A stretch of DNA of 60,047 nucleotides from a virus. Its lineage: Duplodnaviria; Caudoviricetes. Under the pieces are notes generated by a model. That model saw nothing but the letters and a program-made list of their open reading frames with translations, was not told the DNA's origin and searched no databases. The stretch covers positions 1 to 60,047 of IMG/VR virus record IMGVR_UViG_3300000101_000017, one strand, 5' to 3'. This document shows, in pieces, positions 36,883 through 51,800 of this stretch (position 1 is its first letter; every line of letters starts with the position of its first letter). A program made the translations under genes and the position numbers.

Positions 36883-39800
36883 CTGGGTAGGTCAACTTGC
36901 TTTGCACGTAAGAATCTTGCTATGTCAGAATCAGCACCACTTAGTGGTGTTCCTGGGTCTGACCAAAGTTTACCTTGTCTTCTAACTATAATTATTTTCT
37001 GATTGACTCCTGGAGCATCGGTTAAGGTTAACATATTACCGCTTACTGTAAATTCAGCTGGTAATGTAATATCACCTTCCGGTGAATCTTGAGCAATCAA
37101 CGGTGTTGCTATTGTACCATCAAGATTGTATGTTTCTCTCTGGTAATGTTCAATATTGTTCTTTCTTAAACGCTTGCCTCCTACAAATACTTCAAAATCA
37201 TTAACACCAGTTGCTTCAAAATCTAGTTCATATACTGTGCTTGTTCCATCAGCTGTTAAAATAGTTGTTAATGCTTTGTCGCTATATGGTAGATTTGTAT
37301 TTGAACTCTGCGGATATACTTCAGATCCTTGGTTAATCAGTTTATTTGCACCTGTGCCTAAAGTTCCTCTTCTTATTTGCTGTAACTCGTTGCCTTCTTT
37401 AACAAAATATTCTATTCTTTCACCATTAATAAATATCACGCCAGGGTATTTTGCATCTCTACTAGGCTCACTTAGTGTACTAGCATCATTTACATATATT
37501 ACGTTGTCTGTAATGTTTAAATCTTGACTTAGAATAATATCTTGTGTACCATCTAAACGCTTATAATGGTTTCTATTAAGCATGTCTTTGAACTGTCTCC
37601 ATCCAAACTTATCAACTGTTTTATCTCCAGCAAAGTGGATTACGTCAATTACATCATTATCTGCAATACTTGCAATAATTTTTACATAATTTTTGTTATC
37701 TGTTACATAATAATCAATACTTGGGTTTAAGAAATTTCCGTTTATAGATACCCAAACATACTGTGCATCTAACGCAGGTGTATCTAATTTAATAAGTCCA
37801 TTAGCAAGATGTCTACTGTTAGTCCAAGATTCGCTACCAACTGTTAATACTGTTCTATTTACAACTTCATAATTTAGTCTTTCAATTTTTTGCTTACTGT
37901 TGTTACTAAATTGATAAACTTTTATTATTTCGTTTTCGGCAGGTGGATTTACCAATCTTAGTTCATTAGGTGTTTCAATCCAAGAATTTATACTACTATC
38001 TAAATATCCTAAACTGTATTCTCCATCTGATAGAACAAATACTTTTAGATCTTTACCATTAGTGTCTAGTTCGTTTTTTAATCTTATAATATTTGCATCT
38101 TGATTTTCTGCATCAATACTACTATCATAAACATCTGACCCAATGAATGTAAAATCTTTACTTTCTTGTAATTTTTGGTCGCCTAAGTATACATAAACTT
38201 CTGCAGAACCTACAGATGCAACTGGAATTTGCCATAGCTCTAATTTATATTCTAATACACCAGCTTGTGTTTTAAATGTTTTGCTGTAACCAGGATTTAA
38301 AATTTTGTTGTTTACTTCTACAATAATATCAAATGCACTTGGTTCCGATGTAAACGGAGTAGTTGATAAATCGTAAACAGTAGATGTACCGTCAGCAGTA
38401 ATAGTTTCTATATTTACTTCACTAAAGTTTTGTAGTATTGTACTATCTGCTAAAGTTAGTCCTCTAAATATTGCAAATCTTACTGGTGCGTCTTCTGTAG
38501 GTGCTGAACCAAAGTTAAGCAAAGCATTTCCTGGATATTCGTAAGTTTTTGGTGCTTCAGATAAATTACTTTCAACACGCTTGCCGTTTACAGTTGCATA
38601 AAATTCTAAATTAGACTCATATGGTACACTTGTTAAAAATTGTGTAGTTGACCCATCACCAGTAAATTCGTCAATATCTAAAATTTGTGCGCCGCTTACA
38701 TCAACTGTGATCAAAGTAACACGTTCTCCTAAAGTAGGAGCAGTTGTAAATATAACTTCGTCTGTCGTTAGGTCTAATGTATAAGAACTTGCATCTTGTA
38801 TAACATAACCAACTTTAACAAATACACTTGATTCTAAAACAGGTTTGTTACCTATTTTATATCTTACAGTAGTTCCATCGCCAACATAATTTGTTGCATA
38901 AATTTGACTTGCACCACCTGTTGGTCTTTCGTATACTTGAATATCAAGTGTATCTAAAATTTGTCCTGGAACAAGTTCTTCAGGTCCTTTAGATGTAAGT
39001 TGTGTAACAAATCCGTCGCCGTCAATATTAATATCAGAAGCAGCAACACCTGTTGCTGTAGAATAATTAAGTGCTCCACCTTGTATAACACTATCATAAG
39101 ATATAGGATCAGGTAGGAAAGTTCCGTCACTTGTGCTTTTTCTAAATATTATTGTATCAGTATTTGCAAACGGAACAGCTTCTTCGTCAAAAACAACTAT
39201 GTTTGTAGGAAGGGCGCCGTCGTCAGTTCTAGACCAAGCTGTTTGCCCAGATCCTGTAATACTTTGCATGATTGCATTTTTGTTTGTAACAACAGTACTA
39301 CCGTCCCATTTAGGATCATCAATTCTTACATTATTTTTGTATACATGGTATTGGACACCTGTTTCTAAGGGCTTAGTAAATGTAAACTGTGTGGTACTAT
39401 CTTCTAATTTAAATATTTCATCTTCATAGGTGTTATCGTAAGTATCGTATCCTGACTCATAGAAGTTATCTGAATCATAACCTGATGTAGTATCAAATCC
39501 AAAACTCTTTACTTCTACGCCGCCGTAATCAACACCGTCCATTAACTGTGACAGCTCTTTACCTAATTGTCCTGTAGTAGGATCGTAAAATAAATTAATT
39601 CTATCTGCTGCATCAAGTAATTCAATGCTTTTCTTGTAACTGATAATTACAATAGCATCTTTAGCTGGTTTAGTTACAAATGTAATTCTACCATAGTATC
39701 TATCGTAGCCTTTGGTAACATCTAGAACATTAGTAAAACTATATTCACTGCGTAACGCTTCAGTTCCTGAAACTTTGACTTGAACATCTTTTCTACCTAA

Positions 39801-42800
39801 TGACATAGGCCAATCTAAATTAAAGTCAAATGCACTTCCAGATGCTATAAATGTTTTTTCAGCAGGTAAAGTCTTTATTTCAAAATTACTTTTTATTCTA
39901 TCATATTTTACAATAGTTTTTGCACTTCTAATAGTATTGTTTTCTAAAATAACACTTGCTGTACATGGTGTACCTGTTTCTTCTTGGTTTACATCAAAAC
40001 TTATAATAGGAGCACTTAAATATCCTGATCCTTTATTGGTAATTTCAATTTTTGTTATTTTACCATTACCAATGTACGCTTTTGCTGTTGCACCTGTTCC
40101 ACCGCCGCCGGAAAATTTAACCTGAGGAACACTTAAGAATCCTGAACCACTGTCTGCAATTATAACTTTAGATATTTTATGAGTATGGTTATCTAACCAA
40201 TGCTTATTAGGATAAGTTGTAATATTTGCATCAGTACCTATTAGTAAATCATTCTGTACTTTAATATATTCAGGAAGTATTTCTTGATAATCACTGTTAT
40301 ATTTAGGCGGTAAATCAAAATCTGTTATACTTGTTCTACTCTGTTCTATCTTTTCATAAGCACTTAGATACTCTCTTACCTTTGTTTTAAAAGGTTTTAC
40401 TTCTTCAACATATTTTTCATAGCTATCTAAGTTGTCATTATTAAATGTAATGTCTTCTCTCAACGTTCCTACGTTATGTTTTGCTTTTATAAAGCTGGTT
40501 TTAAACAACCAATCAACATAATTTTGTTCTGACAATACATATCTTACACTACTAAAGAATAACTTATTATATTCAATTTTTAATTCATCTATTAATATGT
40601 CATATTTTAATGCTTGAAGAATTTGTTTTGTTTCTTTAATGGGCTCATTGTCAAAGTATTGTGTATCAAAACTAATAGTATCAAAACCTACAAAACTTTT
40701 AGCAGTATTATATAATTCTTCTTTAAACTGAATAGTTCCGTTTTGTCGACCAATCGTACTATAATTTACAGTATAATCTGTAGTATCTTGATTGTCTATT
40801 TTTCTAAGTAATAGCCAGCCGCCGGAACCTATGTTTTTAATTTTTACAATATCTCCCATACTGTCATCTAAAGCAGTAAGTTCATAAGAGCTATCTATAG
40901 CAAAATTAATTTCTGTAAGGTCACTATAACCAGTAGCATACCAATCTGCATAATTCCAATATTTTGTTACATCAAATGATGAACTAGATACACGTCTCCA
41001 AACCTTCTCTACTGGAAGTCTTTCGTATATCCCCCACTTGCCTTGAATTGTTTCGTCAGCATTAACAAGGACACTATAGTTCCTTACTTCTATTGTGGTT
41101 GCATCAGTATAATTAGTACCTTGCTCAACCATTGTTACATCAGTAATTTTACCAAGTGCATTAATAGCAATATTAAACTTTGCTCCAGTACCTTGGCCAT
41201 CAATAGTGTATGTAGGTGCAACACGATATCCTCTACCTGGATTATCTATTAATACTCTTGAAATTTTACCATCTTTAATTATTGGTCTTAGTTCTGCTCT
41301 TTCAGCTTTAGCAACACCTAATAAACTTAAATCTGCTAATGTATCAACACTTGTGTCATATAATCTAGTAATTGTACTAGGCGCAGGATCTTTGGCTTGC
41401 AATTTAGTTAGGATCTTGTCGTCTATAATTAAATTTGTTAGTAGAACACTATTTGTTCTATCAATAAACTGTTTAAATGCTTCAACTCTATTAATAAACC
41501 AACCTTGTCTTGGTTTAGATAAAGAACCATATTTTAATTTTTCGGGTAATGTTGAATCTGGAACAGGTCTGTTAAATTTATCATAACCTACTAAACTATC
41601 AAACCATTTGTTTTCAACATCAGTATTAGGAACACTTGTATCTAAACCTTCTGTTATAAGTTGATATTCATTATGTATATTTTGTGTTTGGTTATCTATA
41701 GTCCAATATTGTAAACTTATTGCTACATCATTGTCTTCAATTAATTTATCGCAATTATGTAAAACAAAACTATTATTGCTTAGTAAGTTAACAAATTTAT
41801 ATCCAGTAGAAGCAGGATCTTGAATATACTTTGCAACATTTTGTATACTTAAATTTCTACCTTCAACATCAGGTATTGTAACTTTATTTTTTACCCAGAA
41901 GTAATACTTGTTACTAAATGTTTGTTTTACACTATCGTATACTCTATTTTGTGCATATGATGCATTACCGTATTTTGATTGTCCGGAATAACCTTGTGCA
42001 AAGCCGTCATTAGTATCTGCTAATGTATCCCAATCTGCAGGTAATATATTAGATTCTACCCATTCGTAAATATCTACACTATTTCCTGGAAATACTCTGT
42101 TCCAATTATTCGTACTGTAAATTATACTATCTTGATACGGATTTACAAATTTACATGTTGTTAAATCCCACCATACTTGTCCAATTTGCCTTGTACCCCA
42201 TGCATCAGTTGGATCAACATTTACACCTATTCCTCCTATAGAATAGTTTGCTGGGTCGTATAAAGTTTTATATCTAATGTTTTCTTCGGCTGGTCCTGCA
42301 ATTTTACCTTGTATAGGATCAATGTAATCTATATAAGTTAGTAATTTGTTAGTTTTTGTATTGTATAAAATTGCTCTTTTAATTTTTGATACATCAACAG
42401 GATCTTTTGCAACACGATAATCGCTATAAATTGTTTCGTTAATATTTTTTCTATAATTTACTAATCTACCTTGTGTATTAGTATTTGATAAAGCAGGTAG
42501 TCCTACATATAAATGATTTCGTCTTGATAATATATTTCTTCCAAAGTAATTTACATTTGTATTATCAACATTTATTGTTTGTCCAAATAGTAGACCAGCA
42601 TTAGAATTTTCATAAAGGTAAACTACACCACTATTTTCATTTACGTTTTGGAAACTTGTAAATTGGTTGTCAAATGTAGTTGGTATCTGTTGTGTAGATG
42701 TATTATCTAAAACATAACCTGTACTAGGCCTAGTATATGTGTCAAATGTAGTTTTAATAATACTATCGCCGTTACGAGCTGTAATAGCAAGTGTATTTCC

Positions 42801-45800
42801 ATCAAACTGTAAAGCAGATCCAAACATTTCTGCTCTTTCGTTATTAGGACTGTTAAGAGTTTGTGTTAAATTAAATGTACCATTTACTTGCTTATAAATT
42901 AAAACTTTACCTTGATCTAACTTTTGATCATCATCGTATGGTGTACCTACTGCAATAGTCATACCATCATTGGAAATACTTAATGCGTGGCCAAAGCCAA
43001 TAGTATTGCTAGGGGCTTCAATTTGTTGTGCTCTATAATAAAATCCTTTGTTTTCTCTATATACAAAAATTAAATTAGGTTTATCATTTCCGTAAATTGC
43101 ACTTGTAACAAGCACTTGTCCAGTTCCACTTACATCATAATTTTTACCAAAGGATATTAAACTTCCTTGATCAGCTGTTGTGCTATCTAAAGAACTGTCA
43201 CTTATAACACTTATACCTTGATCGTTTGGAATATATCCAACGTAATCAATTAAATCGTCTGTTGATGTCCAGTCAGTAATATTAAATGTACCAGGAGCAA
43301 TATTAGTAAGTGCAGTATACAACCTGCCTTCGCCTGCATTGTCGCTTTCTAAGTAAACAATGTCTCCTGTTGCATATGTATTTGCATTTGAAAATTCCCC
43401 TTGGAACTTTTTATTACGTGCAATTTCCCAATTATACAATATATTATTTTCTGTGCCGTGTTTTGTAAAATGTATGCGTCCTGGACTATCATTGTCACTG
43501 TGTATAAATGCCCTGTACAAATCATTATGCTTAGATATTTTAATTTTGCTACCTAATTTATAACTGCTTGTAGCTTCTGGTAATGTATAAGCATTAATAA
43601 AGTTATAATTGCCTTGTGTATTACGTTCGTATACTGAATAATGTCCTTCATTTGTATAGCTACTTGCTACTCCGCTAATAGATAAAGGAATATTAAACAC
43701 TTGAGTCCAGTCATTATTTACACTAGATGGAATGTTTGAGTTTCTTGCAATACCTGATACCACTCTTTCTTGGTATACATAGTATTCAACATAACGTAAA
43801 CTACGTGATGTAACTCCTGTTATTGAAATATTACTTGAATCATCTGTTGTTAATACTAATAGTTTACCAATATCGTTTGGTGCATAACCTAAACTAGTAA
43901 ATTGTATTTGTCCTACTGTTCTATCAACAGTGTATAAAGGATTTACACTTCCTGGAATTGCTAACATTCTTAAATTACTATTAGCACCAAAATCAAAACC
44001 TTCAGACCAAGTGCCAGTTACATTTTTTAAAAATACTGTTGCAGTTAAACTGTCTCTTTCATAGTGTGCAATTATACCTTCTGCACCTGTATTAAAGTCT
44101 TGTACTGTTTGACCTACTAGAGGTTCTAAAGGATTGCCTCCATCAAATTGTGTTATATTATATGTTACATAACCGTCATATATGTCGGTAATTACATGCG
44201 ACCTATTTGTTTCTGTAGTAGATAGATTTGTAGCTTCTATATTGATAAAACTATTATCGCTATATCGAGGTAATTGGTTTACATATAATGAAACTGTATC
44301 TCCAGAGCTAACACTATCACTTAAAGTTTTAGAAACTCTTATATAGTAATTAGGACTTGTAATAGGACTAGTTACACCATAAGCGCCTGGTGCGCCTTGA
44401 TTTGTGAAAATTCCAATTTCACTACCGTATGTGTTTCTACTATTAATAACTGTTGTGTCGTTGTCTAAACTGTTGTTGTAAACTAGACCTGTATTTGCAC
44501 TATCTGTAATTGTATCAATATAAACTAATCCACGTCCTTGATCGGAAGTTTGTGTACCAACTGCTGGTGCAAGAGGATTTGTAATTGTATAATTTGGTGT
44601 TTCAATTACAAAATAACCATTCCAAGTACTTGAAACATCTATATTTTCGTTTGGTGCTACGAGCTCAAATTCGCCAATAAAATCACTATCTTGATTAAAC
44701 AATGTGTCTGTAGGTTCAAAGGTTCCTGTTTGATTGTTTACATAAACTGATACTTCGTTCCCATTACTTACAACTTGTGTTACAGTTGCTGAAGCAGTTG
44801 CAGTTGACACTACATTGCCTTCATCTGGTATTATACTAGCTGAAGAAATATATAAAATACTTTCAACTTTTCTTTGTATTGTATGTGTCGTATTTTTGAT
44901 AAAGTCTTCGTCAATAATAGACCCATAATCTCCGCCAAACGGTTGAGTAACAGTAAGTGTAGACTGATCTTGGTATGAATAAGATTTTGTATTCCAGTCT
45001 AATTCTAATTGATCGTTTTCGCCTGCACCGTCAAATATTTCTTTTGGTGCTCTTACAAGTATGTGATTAGTAGTAAATCCTCTAATAGGAAAGCCGCCTG
45101 TTAAAATTGTTTTTACAGGATTAGAATTATCTGTTGCATTAGATGTGTCTAATATAGATTTTGTTACTGAATAAAAACTATTAAATGTAACAGCACCAGT
45201 TGCTGGTAAAATAGCAGTGTTTGCTTTCCATAGTAAATTATCTTTACGTACAATATCTGCTTTTGTATATGCAGATGCACTTGTCCAATCTTGTTTATAG
45301 GTAGTTTTGTTTTCACTACTGTTAGGACTTCCTATAATCAAATATTTCCCATCTTCTGAAATATCTAATGATGCACCAAATCTTTCATCTACATTTCCAA
45401 ATTGAGTAGGTATTAATTCTTCAACAAGTTGTAAAGCAGTATTATCCGAGGGCCGCTTGTAAATGAAAACTTTACCATTACCATTATCAGGAGCTCCTAC
45501 AGCAAGTACACTATTTCTAATATCACTTGCTAATGCTATACCATAATTATGATTATTTCCTGAATCATTATTTTCTAATTCAAGAAACTTATTCCATACT
45601 TGGCTGTTTTTCTTTACGCTCCAGTTTCCATTGCCAACATCAGATATCCAAATTAGATCATCTTTGTTTACGCCTTTTTGTAAAATAGTATTTGCTTCAC
45701 TAATATTAGCTACTTTTACACTAATAAATTCTGTAATATTACCTTTACATTTTTCTAGTTCTGCAGGTGGAGTATTTGTTAAGAATGTTAATTTATCATT

Positions 45801-48800
45801 TTCAATTGTTGCAATTTTATAAAAACCTTCAAAGTTTACTTTTTGATTTTCTACATTAACACTACTATCTGCACCAGCTGTTATTGTTTCAGTAACTATA
45901 CCACCTAAGCCAATAATATCACCAACTGCAAAATTTGGAATTGTTTTACATGTTATACCAAACCCACCTGGTTCAGTTGTAATACTGTCCATAACTAGAT
46001 CAGTATCAATATGTTTTACAACGTCCCATGTTAAATTTACATTACCTATCCAAATATAATCACCATTGTCAATATCTTGGTATGTTAGATTAACAATATC
46101 ATCTTTAAATGTTACTAATTTTTTAACATCATTAGTGTTAACAAATCCACTATCTCTAGTAAATGTCTTTTTTACATTTTTTGTAATAAAAGGTTTATGA
46201 TCATAATTATCAGGTGCTACATATACCTCAGAAGGTAAAATGCGGTAAACTAAATCCTTACTATCATTTGGAATACTGTTTGTTAATTCTATTGGTTGCG
46301 GTTTTAGTCTAAATTTAGATTCATCTAATTTATATTCAACTTCGTCAAATCCATCAGCGGCGCCGTATTGTCCACTCTTTATAGCCCATTCTTCATAAAA
46401 TTCTAAACTGTCTTTATCATCACTTGCTAGTGCGTCAAATAATTTTGTTAGTGCATTTTTTGTACCCTTGTCTAATATAAACCCTTGATAAAATTTATAC
46501 TGACTTACATTATCATTAATAATATTTTCTAAATAATCACGTTTTTGATAACCAATTAAATGCTGTGCTAAACGTTGCTGTTCAACATCAAAATTATCTG
46601 AGTCTAAGTCATAGAAATCATTAAATTGATTTGTTTTATAATCAAAGTTACTAATAAGTTCATTATTAGGTTTTTCGTCTAATCTAACCCAACTAGTATC
46701 AACAAATGTTTCTGTACCTGCTATTTTTGTTAATGCACTGTAATAAAATTCTTTGTATTTTACAACACTGCCAATTTGATAATCAGTGTACTGTGTCCAT
46801 TCAGTAATTTTTACATCATCGTAAATAAAGCCAGGAATATTTAAACTACCGTCCCAATCTGTAGTTCTATATCCTGCAATCTTAATTCTTTCTTGTCTAT
46901 ATCCCGGTTCTAAATCATAAATTATATCACCAAATACAGTTTTATTATCTAATAATACAACATGTTCTTTTTGTATAAGGCCAATATTAATATTAAAAAT
47001 TCCATCTGCTGTATTTTTAGGAGCCACACTAAAGTTTTTAATTGACTCTCTGCCAATACTTGCTAATTCTTTTTCTAATTTTTTACCATCTGCTTTAAAC
47101 AGACTATATCCATAAAAATTATCGTAGATGTCATCAACTGTAGCATATTGTGTTTCAAACTGCAAATCTGTTGCACCAGGGCTTAAAGTAATTACACTGC
47201 CTTCGCCCCAATTTTGTGTAGTCCAAAATAAGAATTCTTTTGCACTGTGTACAAAATCAAGTACAGTCTTTTGTTCGCCATTATATGCTTCAAAAGAAAA
47301 ACCTTTTAATTTTAAAAATTCACCATATCCTAATAAAAAGTCAACAACATCTTGTATTGTTCTTAATAGTGTTCCATAAGGTAATTCACTAACTTGTGTA
47401 TTATTAAATGTTTTTTTAATTACTGCATCTCTGCCGCCTATTAGTGGTAAACTAGGTAATTTTGCTAAGTTTGTATTGTCAAAATCTGTACCTGATTGGA
47501 ATTGTGATTTTACTCTGTAATAGGTTCCTTGGTATTGAACATTAGTTCCAGGAACATATGTTTGTCCACTAGCCCAATCTATGTAATTTTCCGATACGCC
47601 ACCAATATTAATAATAGGATCGTTTGCTAATTTAATTGCTGGCAAATATTTAAATGCACTTGATACTTCACTATACCCTTTAATTATAAAACCGTTTGTA
47701 GCTTTTTCAATAATAACACCACTATAATTTAATATTTCAATAGGTACACTTTTGTTTAAGAAAACTTTATAATTTTCTTCTGGAACAAAAACATTACCTT
47801 TATTTAAAGGTGTTCTGCTATCTAAAATTAACTTAAATTTATTCTGTTCAGTAAATCCGCCTAACTTAAATCCAAGTTGATTGGATATTAATTTTAAATT
47901 ACTTTTGTATTGACTATAATTAGACAATACATTAGACGCCATATAATTTGAAATATAATTTATAAGACCACTTGTATAAACTTGTGCTGTATCTTCTACT
48001 GTATTTGGAAATACAATATCTTGTAGTCTAATTTGTTTTTGTGTTTCTGAATAAACAATATTTCCTGCATTATTTTTTACTTGTCTAATTCTATCAAAAC
48101 CTTTTGAAAATATTTCACTAGGTTTGTTTAATATCCAAGCTGTAATTAAACTAAATGCATATTCGCTACTACGGCGCCAGGCTGTTTCAACAGGAGATCC
48201 GTCGCCGAATACCCAGTTACTATCTAATCCGGTACCATCAAACTGACTTACATAATTTGAATCACTAGGTGAAAGCAATTTTCCGTTACCGTTTACAGGA
48301 ATATGATTTGTTAAATTAGGACGTTTGTATTTCTTAATTGCATAATATTTTTTTCCTGGCTCTCTAACAATGCCCTTTTCCATATCCTGCCATAAGTTTA
48401 AATTATCAGATGTATATGGTGCTGGTCCGTATTGTGTTTCCCACCAAGAAGGTTTAATAAAAAATCCAACCATTTCCCAAGGATGTGTATGAGGACGGTC
48501 TGTGTCATAAGCATGTTTATAAACTTGTCTCCAAAATCCCGGTAATTTGTTTCCTGATTTATCTGATTGTATATATAAGTTAAATGTAAAACTTTGATCT
48601 CTATTATAAGTGTCATTGTCAGTGTAGTCAGTATCAATTAATTTTGACCATTGTACAAAGTCTTGTAACATTGCTTTATTAATATTTGCAGATACTACAT
48701 TAGTTTGTCTTGCTTCGCCGCCAACAAAATCATGTATGTTAAGCATTGAAGTATCATATGCTACTTTTATATTATTAAAAATTCTTTTTTCTAATTCTAA

Positions 48801-51800
48801 AAGTAGATTATCTCTAAAATCGTCATATGCAACTACAATAGAACCGTCATGACCTTGTATAACCTTTGTAGGAGTTTGATAAGTGTTGTCTTCATATATT
48901 GAAGGCTCATATACAGGATACAATCCTAATTTAGACGGAGTTGGTGGTACATAACTTCCGTTGGTGTTTTCGTATTCGTAAATACCTAATTTATCACCTG
49001 GTTGTTTTGTTGCAGTACAATTAACAAACCCTTCTGTTGTAAATGTGTAATCTTTGTTTAATACTAGTTGTACGCCGTTAAGATATACTCCTACAGCTTT
49101 CCTACTAGGAGTAGAAGCCGAGTATATTTCATTTAACGCAAAGTATTTTTCATCTTTATCAATAACATCATGTTCAGTAAATTTAGTAGCACCAGTAGGA
49201 ACCATATCGGAAAAATAGAACGGCATTTTACTAGTTTTATCAATATTAAGTTCTGCCATTATTTTATCAAAATGGCCTTTTACTGGTCCTTCATATCCTA
49301 AATTTTCTGCAACTTGTAAGAACAGTCTTTTAAATTTTCCGTATTCACGTCTAGCATATCTAATTGACTTTATAATATTAGCGTCTTTATCTAATAAATG
49401 ATATAAAGATAAATTTAACGGAGCACTGTGTTTTACAATTTTCTTGCCTTTTGATACAAGGTCACCAAAATCTCTTAAATTACTTTGTCCAGGATATATT
49501 CCAGTAAAGTTGTCAAGTGATTCTATTATAGTTGCTACATGATCATTAACTTCACCTAAAGTAAATTCTGTAAGATCATTGTTTAACGGATTCTTTTCTA
49601 AGTTTGGTGCTATCTCATAATATCCGTTGGCATTTTTTGTTGCCATTGTTTGTGTTTTAATAATAATGTTATCATTAATACTAGGAGTTTTTACAAAAGT
49701 TACGACTGTATTATTAAGTGCATTTATTGATAGTGTGTAGTCTGAAGTATTTTGTAAGACATTATTTTTATAGATAACAATTTTTAAATCAGTTAATAAT
49801 CCACTATTTTCATAAACATCAATTTCAAAATCATTAGTAGAATTATCATAAATTATTTGTTGTATAACAGGCTGTGTACTTTTTTCTTTTGCTTTTTTCC
49901 ATCCAGTGAACGACTCGTATGTTGTTAAATCAGTATACTTTCTTAAAAAACCAATATCTGATCTTTTAGTAATAACAGCGTTGTCTTGTGTATATGTAGA
50001 TGTACCAGTAAGTAGATTAAAGTTAAAAACAATATCTCCTACATTATCGATACTTCTATAACTAATAGGAAATCCTAATTCGCTATCGTTGCTACCAGAA
50101 CCTTGCTTATAAGTAAAAATAGTATTACCTATAAATGTAGTTGAAGAGTATGTTGTTGAGTTACCAAAACTTTTACCATTAGCATCGTACAAGTCAAAAC
50201 GTGGAGCTTGATTTGTTGCTGTTTTATCTTGTGCTAACACCCATGCAGTGCCGTTATAAAAATATGTTTTACCTTTGTTAACAGTACCTTGTGTTACTAG
50301 CACAACTTCGTTTGTAATAGGATTAGTATCTGAAACTTCTTTAAGAGTAATTTGGTTATTATTATTAAATTTAATTACATCAACTTCAAAAATTTTATTT
50401 TTAACTAGTACATCAGTATCTGCTGCAAATAGTACTCGCATTCCTTTAGTAACATTAACACCGTCTATGTTATATCCAATGCTTCCTTCTATTATAGAAA
50501 ATGCATCCTTAGTAAATGTATCAATTAAATCAATTGCTTTTTTGTTTTTTGTACCATAATTAAAAAGTTTTAGTCCTGCATCAAATTCGATAATAGGACG
50601 TATTGCTCTTTGGCTTTGGTCTATTTCAACTGGTTGATTATTAATACTAGCTGATTCAATAATAACATCTCTGTGGAACCATCTGTTATATCTACTCCAC
50701 AAGTTACCATCGCTACTTGCTCTATTAATTAATATATAATCTTTGTTAGTTGGATAGCCTATTGCTTTACTAAAAGGCAATCTATCAAAACCGTTGCCAT
50801 CAAATTCTACATCAAAATCTTCTGTATACGAAGAGGGAATATCTAAGTCTGTTTCAGAAATAAGTTTTATTTGTGATCCTACACCCTCTATATAGTACGA
50901 CCCTTCAGCATAAGATGTTGGAGTAACTTCGCCACCAAACTTAACTTTCATGCCGTTTGTTAGATTAAATCCTGTTGAGCTTTTATAAGATATTTTACCT
51001 AATATTTCTGCTTCAATATCAATAGCACTTGCTTCTTCTATATTAGCAACTTTTATCATACCCGAAGCGTTGATGTCGTTATCAGCAACGTAGTATATTA
51101 CATCTGGTGTTTCAGCAGTAAGTGTTAGTGTAAGTTCACCTACTTCTGTACCTTGGCTTGAAATTCCTGTTGCTGTGCTGTCTTGGTTAAGCAAGAACTG
51201 GTCGTCTAAAGTTTTTTTCGTTCTAAAAGTAATAGGTAAATTAGGTGTATTTAAAATAAATTTGTATGTTACACCTCTATATAATTTTAACGTTGGGTTT
51301 TGTGTTTTACCATCAGGTGAAAAAATGTAAGCATTGTTGTCGTCGTTGTCTGCTAACGTTACAGTATATGTACTTTCAACATCTTTAGTTTGTCCAAAAA
51401 CAGTTATAGTTTGTGGACCTTGAGGTAACCAATAATACTCACGGAAGTTAGTAAACTTATCAAAGTCAATACTAGGGTTCCATGCATAATATTCTTGGCT
51501 GTTAAGCACAGAATCATTTAAGTTTCCGCTGTTAAAGTTCTTTATTTGATTTACATAATCGTTATAGTCATTATAAAATTCAATTTCGCCTATGTTGTTT
51601 TTTATTACACTTGCAGGTTCTAATTGATAGTTTTGTCTATTTGTAGTTACGTCACCAAGGTAGTTGTCATTGACATTATATGCTTTAGCTGCTTTCCTGC
51701 CTATGTATCCATTTATTTTTTCTACTTGTCCCGGTTGTGTCAGCTGATCAACTGTAGAAGACAAAAACTTTTTATTAGATTGTGTTCTAAAAAACCTTGG